64,000 nucleotides of DNA from an uncultured Acidobacteriota bacterium (GCA_963770895.1 CAVYRF010000002.1:4256001-4320000), one strand, 5' to 3'. Shown: positions 18,529 to 30,134, counted from the first letter of the stretch. The notes: generated from the letters alone by a model not told the origin. Made by a program: numbers and translations.

Positions 18529-20666
18529 GCGCCCCTGACTCCGCATCTGCCGAAGCCTGTCCTGCGAGCGGTGCTGCGCGCACGCCCGACCAGGACCGAC
18601 CTTTGCGAATGGGCACTGGCATGGGACCTCATCGCAACCGGCCCGGTGCTGCCCCGGCAGCCGAGGTGCAGGGGACATGCACCAAGCGTCCACCGTTGGG
18701 CCTGGCGCTTTCCCTTTTGCGGCTCACCATGGGGTGGTCTCAAACCGATCTTTCCAAGGCCAGCGGCATCGTGATCAGCCAGATATCGCAATACGAAACG
18801 GGCAAAGCACGTTTGACTCAGGCTCGCTTTCATCACTTCGCCGCGGTGATGGGCGCCGCGGAGGGACTGGGCGAGTGCGCAGTAGCGACCTGCGCGCTGT
18901 TGTCTGCCGTATCCAGCCCGGCGGACTCTGTTTCGCCAGGCGGTCTTTCCCGCGACGAGCGGCAGCAGGTCAACGAGTTCACATTAAAAATGTTGCCTGC
19001 GCTGGCGGAACTTGTGCAGGAGCACGCCTCCGCAACGATCCTGATGCGGCGCGCCGAAGTGGCGCAGCTGGAAGCAGATGCACATTGGCGAGTGCTGGTG
19101 ACGCTCAGCCAAAGGGAACGGCGTCAACGATTGGAAACCGCTCTGCCTCTACAAACCTGGGCCATGTGCCTGCGCCTGTGCGACGCGAGCGTCGCCGCCG
19201 GTGCTCACAGTGTCACAGAATCCATGCAGCTTGCTGAGCTGTCCTTGCGTGCGGCCCAACTGGCGCAGGGTGACGCTGGCGGGCTGCTGCGCTTGCAGGG
19301 CTACGCACGCGCATTCCTTGCAAATGCTCATCGGCTATGGGGAGATCTGGCGGCGGCCGATGCCGAGTTCGCTGCGGCAACGGGACAGTGGGGTGAAGGT
19401 AATCAGGCCGCGGAATACACGCTTCCGGAATGGCGGCTCCTCGACTTGGAATCATCGCTCCGCCTTGCCCAAAAGGCTTGGCCTGCCACGGTGCGACTGC
19501 TCGACCGGGCCATTGCTCTTGCTCCCGCAAGCGAAATTGGCCGGCTGCTGGTCAAGAAAGCGACGGCTTTACGGCTCGCCGGCCAGGTCGACGATGCGCT
19601 CGCTTCGCTGGACGCGGCGGCGCCCCTGGTCGCGTCGCTGCCAGAAGTGCAGTGGATGGTGCAGTATCACCAGGTTGCGTGTTTGTGCCAGACAGGGCGC
19701 TATCGAGAGGCCGGCGAGTGCCTGCAGACCGTAGGTGGTGCGCTTGCCGGCGAGTCTACTTTGGAAATCATCAGGCGATTGTGGCTGACGGCACGCGTGA
19801 CCGCGGGCCAGGGCGATCGGCGACAAGCGATCGCCGATTTGGAATGGGTGCGTAGGGAACTCATGCCGTTCGCCGCTCGCTACGAGTCAGTCCTGGTGTC
19901 GATCGAGCTGGCGATTTTCCACCTCGACGATAGAGAGTGGAGCTCGAAGATTCGCGGCTTGGTGCAAGACATCTTGGAAACAGTGAAATCAAGATGGGGC
20001 TCGCGAGGCCTGGCAGCCAGCCTTGGTGAGTTATGTCAGTCGGCTGAGAAGCTATGGCAGCTGCACGAAGACCTGGAGCTTTTGAGGGTGGAGGACTGGG
20101 TCTTCGAACCCTTGACGACGGACGGTAGCGAGCACAGGGCGCACATCCCCCGCTTGGAACAGGCCGATACGGTCTCGATTCGCGACGAATTGAGCGTCCT
20201 GGTGCGCCTTTTGCGCGCAGTCCCTGGGTTTAGCCAGGACGCGATGGGCGCCAGAGCGTCGATCGACCGCACTACGATCAGCCGCTACGAGACCGGCGAC
20301 ATGATCCCCTCGCGGGCGCATCTCGCGCGCCTGGGCGATGCTGCCGGTATTTCACTGCCGTTTTTGGAGGGCGTGTTGCTGCCGGTAGTCCGCCTTATGT
20401 GCGTGAAGAGGGCCTGTTTGCACAGATCCTGGTTGCTGGCACAGCAAGCTGATGAGGTGGCTGCCGCGTTCGATCGGCAAATGGTGGCGACCCTGCGCGC
20501 AGGCATCGCCACGTTTGCAGCGGCGCTCCGGTGTCGGCCTGCTGTTGCTGCTCAACCAGGCCGGACACCGCCAGCCGGGTTGGGTTGCGCTAAGGCTGGC
20601 GAGTGGGCTGGCCCGGCTGGGCCAGCTGGGCCAGGAGGTCGCGCCAGGCGTGGCCGCGGTGGCTGA
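18525..20666 (+). CDS. XRE HTH + TPR + second C-terminal XRE HTH protein (paralog 3)
   Basis: HTH1 LSLLRLTMGWSQTDLSKASGIVISQISQYETG; LPEWRLLDLESSLR; HTH2 LVRLLRAVPGFSQDAMGARASIDRTTISRYETG. Visibly lower GC than flanks; 3' end overlaps rdgB on the other strand. Confidence 0.7.
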   Translation: MSAPDSASAEACPASGAARTPDQDRPLRMGTGMGPHRNRPGAAPAAEVQGTCTKRPPLGLALSLLRLTMGWSQTDLSKASGIVISQISQYETGKARLTQARFHHFAAVMGAAEGLGECAVATCALLSAVSSPADSVSPGGLSRDERQQVNEFTLKMLPALAELVQEHASATILMRRAEVAQLEADAHWRVLVTLSQRERRQRLETALPLQTWAMCLRLCDASVAAGAHSVTESMQLAELSLRAAQLAQGDAGGLLRLQGYARAFLANAHRLWGDLAAADAEFAAATGQWGEGNQAAEYTLPEWRLLDLESSLRLAQKAWPATVRLLDRAIALAPASEIGRLLVKKATALRLAGQVDDALASLDAAAPLVASLPEVQWMVQYHQVACLCQTGRYREAGECLQTVGGALAGESTLEIIRRLWLTARVTAGQGDRRQAIADLEWVRRELMPFAARYESVLVSIELAIFHLDDREWSSKIRGLVQDILETVKSRWGSRGLAASLGELCQSAEKLWQLHEDLELLRVEDWVFEPLTTDGSEHRAHIPRLEQADTVSIRDELSVLVRLLRAVPGFSQDAMGARASIDRTTISRYETGDMIPSRAHLARLGDAAGISLPFLEGVLLPVVRLMCVKRACLHRSWLLAQQADEVAAAFDRQMVATLRAGIATFAAALRCRPAVAAQPGRTPPAGLGCAKAGEWAGPAGPAGPGGRARRGRGG

Positions 20667-21174
20667 GGCGGTCTTTTTCGGCGTCGGTCAGCTCGCCGAA
20701 GGTGCGGTCGTGGCCCTGGGGGGCAAAGACCGGGTCCCAGCCGAAGCCCGCGGCGCCGCGGGGCGGCAGCACCAGGGTGCCGGCGGCGGCGCCTTGCGCG
20801 ATCAGGGTGCGGTCGGGGTCGCGGTAGTAGAGGGCGCAGCGGGCGACGGCGCGCGGGTCGCCGAGCGCCAGACCGACGCGGGCCAGGGTCTGGGCGCCGG
20901 CGGCGTCCAGCATCCATTTGACCAGCGGACCGGGGAAGCCGCCCAGCGCCGCCAGGTCGAAGCCGGCCTCCTCGACGATCAGCGGGCGCTCCAGCCGGCG
21001 CCATGCTTCGTCGCCCTTGTGGCGCAACACTTCCAGCAGGTCCAGCGACTGCATCTCCGGCAGGTCCATGGCGACGGCCGCCAGGCCGGGGCCGGCGATG
21101 CGGCGCGCCTCTGCGAGCTTGCCGCGGTTGCCGGTTACCAGGACGTAGGGAAGAGGCTGCGGCGCCGTGCTCAT
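20590..21174 (-). CDS. rdgB: Non-canonical purine NTP pyrophosphatase (Ham1/RdgB family)
   Basis: LVTGNRGKLAE, LGGFPGPLVKW, GFGWDPVF, TFGEL...EKDRLSHRG. Confidence 0.9.
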   Translation of the reverse strand: MSTAPQPLPYVLVTGNRGKLAEARRIAGPGLAAVAMDLPEMQSLDLLEVLRHKGDEAWRRLERPLIVEEAGFDLAALGGFPGPLVKWMLDAAGAQTLARVGLALGDPRAVARCALYYRDPDRTLIAQGAAAGTLVLPPRGAAGFGWDPVFAPQGHDRTFGELTDAEKDRLSHRGHAWRDLLAQLAQPGQPTRQP

Positions 21175-21256
21175 GGGCGACCGTCTCCAGCCGTGCCTGC
21201 CGCTGCCGCGTTCATGGGCAGCCGTCTCCAGCCGTGCCTGCCAATGCCGCGCTCAT
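21171..21256. repeat. 41-bp tandem duplication between coaE and rdgB encoding two chained 14-aa mini-ORFs on the minus strand
   Basis: Units 21171-21211 and 21212-21252 (TCATGGGCnnCCGTCTCCAGCCGTGCCTGCCnnTGCCGCGn), followed by a further TCAT. Confidence 0.85.
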
Positions 21257-21930
21257 CAGCGACCTTCCGTGTCCATCCGCGCCGGTGCAGGACTGGCCGC
21301 GGCGTGCCGCAGGTCTGCCAGCAGGTCCTGGAATTGGTGGCGCAGGGCGTCCATGTCGCCGCTGTTGTCGATCACGCGATGGGCGCCGCGCAGGCGGGCA
21401 CTGCCGTCGCCTTGGGCTGCAAGGCGGGCGCGCGCTGAAGCTTCGGGCAGGCCGCGGGCGACGGCGCGGTGCAGGCGCACGTCGGGGTCGGCCTCCACGG
21501 TGACGATCACGTCGAAACCCGGCCCGTAGCCCGCTTCGACCAGCAGCGTCGCTTCCAGGACCACGATCAGCGGCCCTGCGGCGGCGGACGGGCGTCCGCC
21601 CGCGTCCGCCGCGGCCTCGACCTGGGCGACGAGATCTTCGAAACGGTGGCGGACGAGGGGGTGGACGGCGGCTTCCAGCCGGCGGCGGGCGTCGTCGTCG
21701 GCGAATACGCGGGCGGCGACGGCGGCGTGATCGACCGCGCCGTCGGGGGTCAGGGCGGCTGGGCCGAACAGCTGACGCACGGCGGCGGCACCGGCGCCGC
21801 CGGGCCGGTAGAGGTCGGCGACCAGGCGGTCGGCGTCGATCACCACGCAACCCGCGTCGCGCATCCATCCGGCGATGGTGGACTTGCCGCTGCCCAGGCC
21901 GCCGGTCAAGCCGACCCGGTAGGCTTTCAC
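21256..21930 (-). CDS. coaE: Dephospho-CoA kinase
   Basis: VGLTGGLGSGKST, VIDAD, LEAAVHPLV, RLAAQ, VIDNSG. Confidence 0.93.
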   Translation of the reverse strand: MKAYRVGLTGGLGSGKSTIAGWMRDAGCVVIDADRLVADLYRPGGAGAAAVRQLFGPAALTPDGAVDHAAVAARVFADDDARRRLEAAVHPLVRHRFEDLVAQVEAAADAGGRPSAAAGPLIVVLEATLLVEAGYGPGFDVIVTVEADPDVRLHRAVARGLPEASARARLAAQGDGSARLRGAHRVIDNSGDMDALRHQFQDLLADLRHAAASPAPARMDTEGR

Positions 21931-22035
21931 CGCCGCACCCCGGCGCTCACCGCCCCACCCCTTGCCGCACGCGGAGACCTGGCGCCGGTGCTGGATTTGA
22001 CACGCGGCAGGGGCGGCACCTGGGCGCCCTGGCGG

Positions 22036-22959
22036 TCACCGCGGCAGGCCCTGGCGCTGGCGGGCGGCGGCCAGGGTGTTGACCAGGAGCATGGCGACGG
22101 TGAGGGGGCCGACGCCGCCGGGCACCGGGGTGATGGCGCCGGCCAGGGGGGCGACGCGGGTGAAGTCGACGTCGCCGACCAGGACCGAGCCCTTGGTCTG
22201 CCACTGCTCCAGGCGTTTGGCGTCGCCGGGAAAGAGGCGCTCCACCGCGTGGCGGTCGGTCAGGCGGTTGATGCCGACGTCGATGACCACGGCTCCCGGC
22301 TTGACGTGCTCGGCGCTGAGGATGGCGGGGCGGCCGATGGCGGCGACCAGGATGTCGGCCTGGCGGGTGACCTCGGCGAGATCGGCGGTGCGCGAATGAC
22401 AGATGGTGACGGTGCAGTTTTCGCGCAGCAGGAGGGCGGCCATCGGCTTGCCGACGGTGGGGCTGCGGCCGACCACCACGGCGCGGCGGCCGGCGAGCGG
22501 CACCTGGCTGCGGCGCAACAGCTCCAGGATGCCGTAGGGGGTGGCGGGCACGAAGCCCGGCTCGTCGAGCCAGAGGCGGCCGGCGTTGAGGGGGTGGAAG
22601 CCGTCGACGTCCTTTTCGGCGGCGACGCGGCTGATGACCCGCCGTTCGTCGATGCCGCGCGGCAGCGGCAGCTGCACCAGGATGCCGTCGATGGCGTCGT
22701 CGGCGTTGAGCTGATCCACCAGCGCCAGCAGGTCGGTTTCGGTCATGGTGGCCGGGTGGCGCAGGGTGCGGCTGACGATGCCGACTTCGGCGGAGGCCTT
22801 CACCTTGCTGCCGACGTAGACCTGCGACGCGGGGTTGTCGCCCACCAGCACGGCCGCCAGGCCCGGTGCGCGGCCGCCGCCCGCGGTCAGCCTGGCGACG
22901 CCTGCGGCAACTTCGGCGCGGATGGTGGCGGCGGCGGCTTTGCCGTCAAGGATGTTCAC
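22036..22959 (-). CDS. folD: Bifunctional methylenetetrahydrofolate dehydrogenase/cyclohydrolase
   Basis: GTG 22959 after AGGAGG; [51 protein letters not shown]. Confidence 0.95.
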   Translation of the reverse strand: MNILDGKAAAATIRAEVAAGVARLTAGGGRAPGLAAVLVGDNPASQVYVGSKVKASAEVGIVSRTLRHPATMTETDLLALVDQLNADDAIDGILVQLPLPRGIDERRVISRVAAEKDVDGFHPLNAGRLWLDEPGFVPATPYGILELLRRSQVPLAGRRAVVVGRSPTVGKPMAALLLRENCTVTICHSRTADLAEVTRQADILVAAIGRPAILSAEHVKPGAVVIDVGINRLTDRHAVERLFPGDAKRLEQWQTKGSVLVGDVDFTRVAPLAGAITPVPGGVGPLTVAMLLVNTLAAARQRQGLPR

Positions 22960-24011
22960 CCGTCGGTCCTCCTGTGCGAAAGGGGCCGCACCGGCGCGGC
23001 CGCATAGGCGATTGCCGCCGCGCCGGCGCCGCCGGATCGCGACGGCGGCGATTGCAGCGATTGCAGCGATGGCTGCACGGTGGCGGGCGGCGCCAGCTTG
23101 GGGATGGCGCCCGAATACAGGCAGACGATGCCCCCGGAAAGATCTTGCCACGCCAGGTCGTCGAACCCGGCGGCCGCCATGCGGTCCAGGAAGCCCTGCC
23201 GCTGGGGGAAGGCCAGGACGGAGCTCGGCAGGTAGTCGTAGGCCGAGCTGCTGTCGGAGACCAGCCGCCCGAGCAGCGGCAGCAGCCGGCGGAAGTAGAA
23301 CAGGTAGAGCGCCCGCAGCGGCTGCAGGCGCGGCACGGCGAACTCCAGTACCTGCAGCCGCGCGCCGGGGGCGAGGACGATCGCCAGCTGGACCAGCGCC
23401 GCGTCCAGGTCGACCACGTTGCGCAGCCCGAACGCCACCGTCGCGCCGGCAAAGCGCCCCGGCGGGAACGGCAGCGCCAGCGCGTCCGCCGCCAGCGGCG
23501 CCGGCCGCGGCGCGCCCAGCCGCGCCAGCTTGGGCCGCGCCAGGGCGAGCATCGGCAGGCAGAAGTCGGCCGCCGCCACGCGCGCCCCCCGCCGCCGCAG
23601 CGCCACGGCCTGGTCGCCGGTACCGCAGCACAGGTCGAGCAGCAGCGCCTGGCCCCCGGTTCCCGCCGCGGTCGCCGCCGGCAGGCCGGCCGCAGCCGCC
23701 GCCGCGGCCCGGCGCCGCCAGGCCAGGTCGAGGCCGGCTGAAAGCAGGTGATTGAGCAGATCGTAGCGGCGCGCCACCTTGCCGAACATCGCCTGGATCG
23801 CCGTGCTCGACTTGTCGAGCGCGGGACCGGGGGCGCCGGCCGTGGCGCCCGTGCCTATGGCAGTGCCAGGACCGGGCGCACCGGCCGCGGCCGATGTGCC
23901 CATCGCGGTGGCAGGACCTGCCGCGGCGCCGCCGCCAGCTCCAGCCGGCCTTGCCTGAGCCTCCGCGCCGCCGGCTCCTGGCGCGGTGATCGTGGGGGGC
24001 GCTTCGCGCAT
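22956..24011 (-). CDS. ubiE: Ubiquinone/menaquinone biosynthesis C-methyltransferase
   Basis: [56 protein letters not shown]. Low-complexity N-terminal extension makes the start uncertain. Confidence 0.9.
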   Translation of the reverse strand: MREAPPTITAPGAGGAEAQARPAGAGGGAAAGPATAMGTSAAAGAPGPGTAIGTGATAGAPGPALDKSSTAIQAMFGKVARRYDLLNHLLSAGLDLAWRRRAAAAAAAGLPAATAAGTGGQALLLDLCCGTGDQAVALRRRGARVAAADFCLPMLALARPKLARLGAPRPAPLAADALALPFPPGRFAGATVAFGLRNVVDLDAALVQLAIVLAPGARLQVLEFAVPRLQPLRALYLFYFRRLLPLLGRLVSDSSSAYDYLPSSVLAFPQRQGFLDRMAAAGFDDLAWQDLSGGIVCLYSGAIPKLAPPATVQPSLQSLQSPPSRSGGAGAAAIAYAAAPVRPLSHRRTDG

Positions 24012-24218
24012 GGCCCCAGTCTACCGAGAAAGCGGCTCGCGCGTGGGCGCAGGGGCAGGCGGTGCGCCGCCGGGTGCGCGCGGCCGGACGTCGGGCGGCG
24101 GCGGCCGCCGGCTGCCTTGCGGCCGCCGCCGGCTTGTCGTGGGGCTGTCGCGACGGTTGTCTACAGTGGGGGAGAGGGGAAGACTCACCTTCCTCGCCAG
24201 CATCCTGGAGAATCCCAC

Positions 24219-24425
24219 ATGGCGCACAAGCACGAGGCGACGGAGCATCACTTGAACGCGGCGGAGCACCACACCAAGGCGGCCGAGCACCACCACCATG
24301 CGGCTCGCCACCACGAGGCGGGCGATCACGCAACGGCGCGGGAGCACGCGGTCAAGGCCCACGAGCACGCCACCCACGCTCACGAGCACTCCGGCGACGC
24401 CCACGAAGCCTCTCACGAGGAGTAG
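24219..24425 (+). CDS. Small histidine-rich putative metal-binding protein (68 aa, 21 His)
   Basis: RBS GGAG; [37 protein letters not shown]... with heptad-like AAEHH repeats. Confidence 0.8.
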   Translation: MAHKHEATEHHLNAAEHHTKAAEHHHHAARHHEAGDHATAREHAVKAHEHATHAHEHSGDAHEASHEE

Positions 24426-24609
24426 CAGCAACCCGCCGGCGGCGCCCTCCGGCACCTGCCGCTCCCGCGGCGCGTGCCGGAGAGCCCGCTGGTGACAGCT
24501 TTCTCTCCGAGGTCCGTCTCCCCCTTCGACGTCGGCCGCCCGCTCGCCGGCCCCCAGGTCCAGCATCGTCGGAAACAGGCGGCGGTCGGCGGCAAGCGAC
24601 GGCAGACGC

Positions 24610-24638
24610 TTGACAGCTGCGGTGAGTTCGCCTAACAT
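24610..24638 (+). promoter_or_regulatory. Sigma70 promoter of the rplM-rpsI operon
   Basis: TTGACA (24610-24615), 17-bp spacer, TAACAT (24633-24638). Confidence 0.75.
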
Positions 24639-24752
24639 TCGGGGTCCTTTGCGTCGCAAGGGCGGGTGTCCCTCGCCGTGGCGCTTTGGCTGCCCGAAGC
24701 CCGCGACGGACCTCACGCCCGCTTCCTAGGGAATGGATGGAGAGACCTGGAG

Positions 24753-25199
24753 ATGTTGAAAAGAACGTACAGTCCCAAGCTTGCCGAGATCGAGCATCAC
24801 TGGCACGTGCTCGACGCCGCGGAGGTGCCGCTGGGGCGGCTCTGCTCGCTGGCGGCTCAGCTGCTGATGGGAAAGCACAAGCCGGGCTTTGCGACGCATA
24901 TCGATACCGGCGACTTCGTGATCGTGATCAACGCCGAAAAGGCCAACCTCAGCGGTCGCAAGGAAGACGACAAGATCTATTTCCGCCACACCGGGTATCC
25001 GGGTGGCTTGAAGCAGGAAACGGCAGGCAAGCTGCGCCACCGGCGTCCGACCCAGCTGGTCGAGCGCGCGGTCTGGGGGATGCTTCCCAAGACCCGCCTG
25101 GGGCGGCAGCAGCTGCGCAAGCTGAAGGTGTACGCGGGCGCCGATCACCCGCACCAGGCGCAGCAGCCCAAGCCGCTGGACGTGGCGGCGTCGATTTAG
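24753..25199 (+). CDS. rplM: 50S ribosomal protein L13
   Basis: [54 protein letters not shown]. Confidence 0.97.
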   Translation: MLKRTYSPKLAEIEHHWHVLDAAEVPLGRLCSLAAQLLMGKHKPGFATHIDTGDFVIVINAEKANLSGRKEDDKIYFRHTGYPGGLKQETAGKLRHRRPTQLVERAVWGMLPKTRLGRQQLRKLKVYAGADHPHQAQQPKPLDVAASI

Positions 25200-25233
25200 C
25201 CTTGCCTTTCAGGACCTTCGAGGAGACGGCAGA

Positions 25234-25626
25234 GTGAGCCAAACGCAGAACTACGGGACCGGCCGGCGCAAGACCGCCGCGGCGCGCATCTATCTGCGCC
25301 CCGGCACGGGATTGGTGCAGGTCAACGGCCGCACCCTGGACGACTATTTCCCCAACGAAGTGCTGAAGATGGTCATCAAGCAGCCGTTGCTGCTCACCGA
25401 GACGGCGGAAAAGTTCGACATCGTCGCCACCGTCGAAGGCGGCGGCAGCGCGGGTCAGGCCGGCGCCATCCGGCATGGCATCTCGCGCGCCCTGATGGAG
25501 TACAACGGCGAGCTGCGTGACCGCCTCAAGTCGGCCGGCCTTGTGACCCGCGATCCGCGTAAGAAGGAGCGCAAGAAGTACGGCCAGAAGGGCGCCCGCG
25601 CGCGGTTCCAGTTCAGCAAGCGTTGA
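25234..25626 (+). CDS. rpsI: 30S ribosomal protein S9
   Basis: [50 protein letters not shown]. Confidence 0.98.
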   Translation: MSQTQNYGTGRRKTAAARIYLRPGTGLVQVNGRTLDDYFPNEVLKMVIKQPLLLTETAEKFDIVATVEGGGSAGQAGAIRHGISRALMEYNGELRDRLKSAGLVTRDPRKKERKKYGQKGARARFQFSKR

Positions 25627-25711
25627 TCGCGCCGCAGCTTTTTTACTCTGCACGACGAGCGCGGCGCAGGCCCTTGCGGCCACGCGCGAGCGCTGACGAA
25701 GGAGACCAGGC

Positions 25712-26497
<786 letters not shown>

Positions 26498-26569
26498 TGA
26501 CGGCGAACCTCTGACACGGTAAGCCCCACATCGGGCGCCGGCCGCCATCCGCGGCATGAGCGCGTTGCG

Positions 26570-26611
26570 AAGAGGTCAGTCGAACGCCGCGTCGAACTGA
26601 CCTTTTCTTTT
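26570..26611 (+). terminator. Intrinsic terminator/attenuator-like hairpin between rpsB and tsf
   Basis: AGGTCAGT...ACTGACCT stem followed by TTTCTTTT. Confidence 0.6.
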
Positions 26612-26751
26612 GTCAGGCCCATGGTTTGGGGTAGGGGCCGCCGGCGCCTTGCCAGGGCCGCGGGCGCTGGGTCCAGGCTGCCGGCGCTTGGGCAGGCCCG
26701 CCGGCGCGCCACGGGTCGGATTGTGCGTAGTACTTAAGGAGAGAGAAGACG

Positions 26752-27395
<644 letters not shown>

Positions 27396-27399
<4 letters not shown>

Positions 27400-28124
27400 G
27401 CGAGGCCGGGGGGCGGTCGATCTACGGCCGCATCCTGCTCAAGCTGTCGGGGGAGGCCCTGATGGGGCCGCAGTCGTTCGGCATCCACGAGCCGGTGGTG
27501 GCGGCGATCGCCGACGAGCTGCGCGACCTCCATACGCTGGACGTCGAGCCCGCGATCGTCGTCGGCGGCGGTAATATCATCCGTGGGTTGGCCGCCAGCC
27601 ACCGCGGGATCGACCGCGTGACCGGCGATTACATGGGGATGCTGGCCACGGTGATCAACGCCTTGGCGCTGCAGGACGCGCTGGAAAAGCGGGGGGTGCC
27701 GACGCGGGTGCAGACGGCGATCGACATCCGCGAGGTGGCCGAGCCGTTCATCCGGCGGCGCGCCATCCGCCACCTGGAAAAGAAGCGGGTGGTGATCTTC
27801 GCCGCCGGCACCGGCAACCCGTTCTTCACCACCGACAGCGCCGCGGCGCTGCGCGCCAACGAGATCCACGCCGAGGTGCTGCTCAAGGCGACCAAGGTGG
27901 ACGGCGTGTACACCGCCGATCCCGAGGTGGACAAGAACGCGGTGCTGTTGCGCGAGCTGACCTATCACGAGGTGCTGGAAAAGGACCTCAAGGTGATGGA
28001 CACGGCGGCGATCAGCCTCTGTCGCGACAACGGCATTCCCATCGCCATCTTCAACCTGATGACCCCCGGCAACATCCGCCGGGTGGTCTGCGGCGAACGG
28101 GTGGGCTCCATCGTACGAGCCTGA
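27396..28124 (+). CDS. pyrH: UMP kinase
   Basis: [48 protein letters not shown]; ATGA overlap with tsf. Confidence 0.97.
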
Positions 28125-28142
28125 CCTGGGGCAGGAGGCACT

Positions 28143-28697
28143 ATGAAAGAGCTCTTTCAAGAAATCGACACGCACATGAAGCACGCGCTGGACCATCTCC
28201 ATCACGAGCTCAAGCACCTGCGCACCGGCCGCGCCTCGCTGGCGCTGCTGGAAGGGGTGTTTGTCGACTACTACGGCAGCAAGGTGCCGCTCAATCAGGT
28301 CGCCAACCTCGCCGTGGCGGACGCGGCGATGATCACCGCGCAGCCGTACGATCCCAGCCAGACGTCCGCCATCGAGCGCGCGATCATGAAGGCCGAGCTG
28401 GGGCTGAACCCGTCGAGCGACGGCAAGATCATCCGCATCCCGGTGCCGCAGCTGACCGAAGACCGGCGCAAGGAGATCGCCAAGAAGGCGCACGACCAGG
28501 CCGAGCACGCCCGCAACAGCGTGCGCCAGGCGCGGCGGGACGGCAACGACAAGCTCAAGAAGATGGAGAAGGACAAGCAGGTCAGCCAGGACGACGAGCA
28601 CCGCGGCCTGGACGAGATCCAGAAGCTGCACGACCGTTACATCCACGAGATCGGCGCCGCTCTGGAGAAGAAAGAGCAGCAGATCATGGAGCGCTGA
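28143..28697 (+). CDS. frr: Ribosome recycling factor
   Basis: LRTGRAS, VDYYGSKVPLNQVA, LGLNPSSDG, PQLTEDRRKE. Confidence 0.97.
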   Translation: MKELFQEIDTHMKHALDHLHHELKHLRTGRASLALLEGVFVDYYGSKVPLNQVANLAVADAAMITAQPYDPSQTSAIERAIMKAELGLNPSSDGKIIRIPVPQLTEDRRKEIAKKAHDQAEHARNSVRQARRDGNDKLKKMEKDKQVSQDDEHRGLDEIQKLHDRYIHEIGAALEKKEQQIMER

Positions 28698-28703
28698 GCG
28701 GCC

Positions 28704-29561
28704 ATGCGGGACGGCCGGCGCCCGGCCATGGTCCTGTACGGCTATCACCCCGTCCGCGAGGCGCTGCGCCACCGGCCGCAGCAGGTGGCGCGCGTCCTGG
28801 TCAGCGCCTCGCGCCTGGGGCGCCGGCGCGCCGAAATCGAAGACCTCTGCGGGCGCCACCGCATCCCCCTGGAAGTCGTTGCCGACCGGGCGCTGGCCGC
28901 CCTGGCCGGCCCCGCTCACAACGGCATGGCCGCCGAGCTGCGGCGCGGCGACGCTGTGGCGGGATCCGCCGCGACGGCGACGGCGGCGGCGGCAGGCGGG
29001 AGCGACGCGCCGGCCGGTGCCGGGCCACAGGAGGATTCCAGGGAGAGCGTTGGCGCTGCCGCAGGGGCCGATTCGACGCTGGTGGTGCTGCTCGAGGACG
29101 TGCAGGACCCGCGCAACCTGGGCGCCGTGTTGCGGGTCTGCGAGGGGGCGGGTGTGGGGCAGGTGCTGATCCGTGATCGCGGCTCGGCGCCGATCACCGC
29201 CGCCGTCGCCAAGACCGCCGCCGGCGCCAGCGAATGGCTGGCGATCGAGCGCATCACCAACTCCGCCGCCACCCTGGAAGCGATGAAGCAGGACGGCTTC
29301 TGGGTCTACGGCACCGACCCCGCCGGGGCGCCGCCGTGGCAGATCGACCTGACCGGCAAGGTGGTGCTCTGCTTCGGCGGCGAGGAGCGCGGCCTGCGCG
29401 CCCGCACCCGCTCGCTGTGCGACGCCACCGTGGGCCTGCCGATGCGCGGCCGGCTGGGCTCGCTCAACATCGCCACCGCCGCCGCCGCCGTCCTGTACGA
29501 CGCCGTGCGCCAGCGCCTGGACGCCGCGGCGGCCGCCGCCGCCGGCCGCGGCCGCCGCTGA
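28704..29561 (+). CDS. rlmB: 23S rRNA 2'-O-methyltransferase RlmB (SpoU family)
   Basis: LYGYHPVREAL, EDVQDPRNLGAVLR, KTAAGA, GGEERGL, LPMRGRLGSLNIATA. Confidence 0.9.
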   Translation: MRDGRRPAMVLYGYHPVREALRHRPQQVARVLVSASRLGRRRAEIEDLCGRHRIPLEVVADRALAALAGPAHNGMAAELRRGDAVAGSAATATAAAAGGSDAPAGAGPQEDSRESVGAAAGADSTLVVLLEDVQDPRNLGAVLRVCEGAGVGQVLIRDRGSAPITAAVAKTAAGASEWLAIERITNSAATLEAMKQDGFWVYGTDPAGAPPWQIDLTGKVVLCFGGEERGLRARTRSLCDATVGLPMRGRLGSLNIATAAAAVLYDAVRQRLDAAAAAAAGRGRR

Positions 29562-29733
29562 CGCGCGGGCGCCGCGCCGCCGCCCCCGCGTGGGACGGGC
29601 CGGCACGCTCTGTTCGTCGCTCGGCATGCCGCTCTGCATCCCGCGCTGCATCCGATATCATGAGCCGCTGGCGGAGCGGTCGCTGCGCGCGCCGGCCGGC
29701 ACGGCGCGACGCGCTGCGGGAGCGGGCTGACGC

Positions 29734-30099
29734 ATGAGCATGCAAGCGAGCGATCGCGCATCCAGGATGCGCCTGGCAAGCAAGGTGATCCTGATCGTCG
29801 GTATCGCCGCCGGGGTGGCGATCTTTCTGCGCGCCAGCCTGGCGACCGCGGACCCCGCCGGGCTTCAGCTCGACGACACCAAGCAGTACATGCGCCAGAT
29901 GGAGCTGTACGGTGGCAAGGCCAACGTCATGGCCAGCGACCTGCGCGAATGGCTCGGCAGCCTGTGGCACGGCAAGCGCCTGGGCGCGACCGTCGCCGTG
30001 CTCTCCGCCCTGGCCGCCGGCGCCGTACGCTTCGCCGCCATCCCGCTGCCGCCCCTCGACGGCGGCGACTCCGCCGAATCCACCGAGTCCGCAGACTAA
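29734..30099 (+). CDS. Small membrane protein with two predicted TM helices
   Basis: VILIVGIAAGVAIFL and LGATVAVLSALAAGAV flank DDTKQYMRQMELYGGKANV. Confidence 0.65.
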   Translation: MSMQASDRASRMRLASKVILIVGIAAGVAIFLRASLATADPAGLQLDDTKQYMRQMELYGGKANVMASDLREWLGSLWHGKRLGATVAVLSALAAGAVRFAAIPLPPLDGGDSAESTESAD

Positions 30100-30134
30100 C
30101 CAAGCTAACCAAGCGAACCAAGCTGAGGTGACGC

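Noticed and set aside
22036-24333. 765-aa ORF containing FolD
   Set aside because: The N-terminal part is an Arg/Ala/Gly-rich alternative frame over ubiE. The true folD start is GTG 22959 with AGGAGG.
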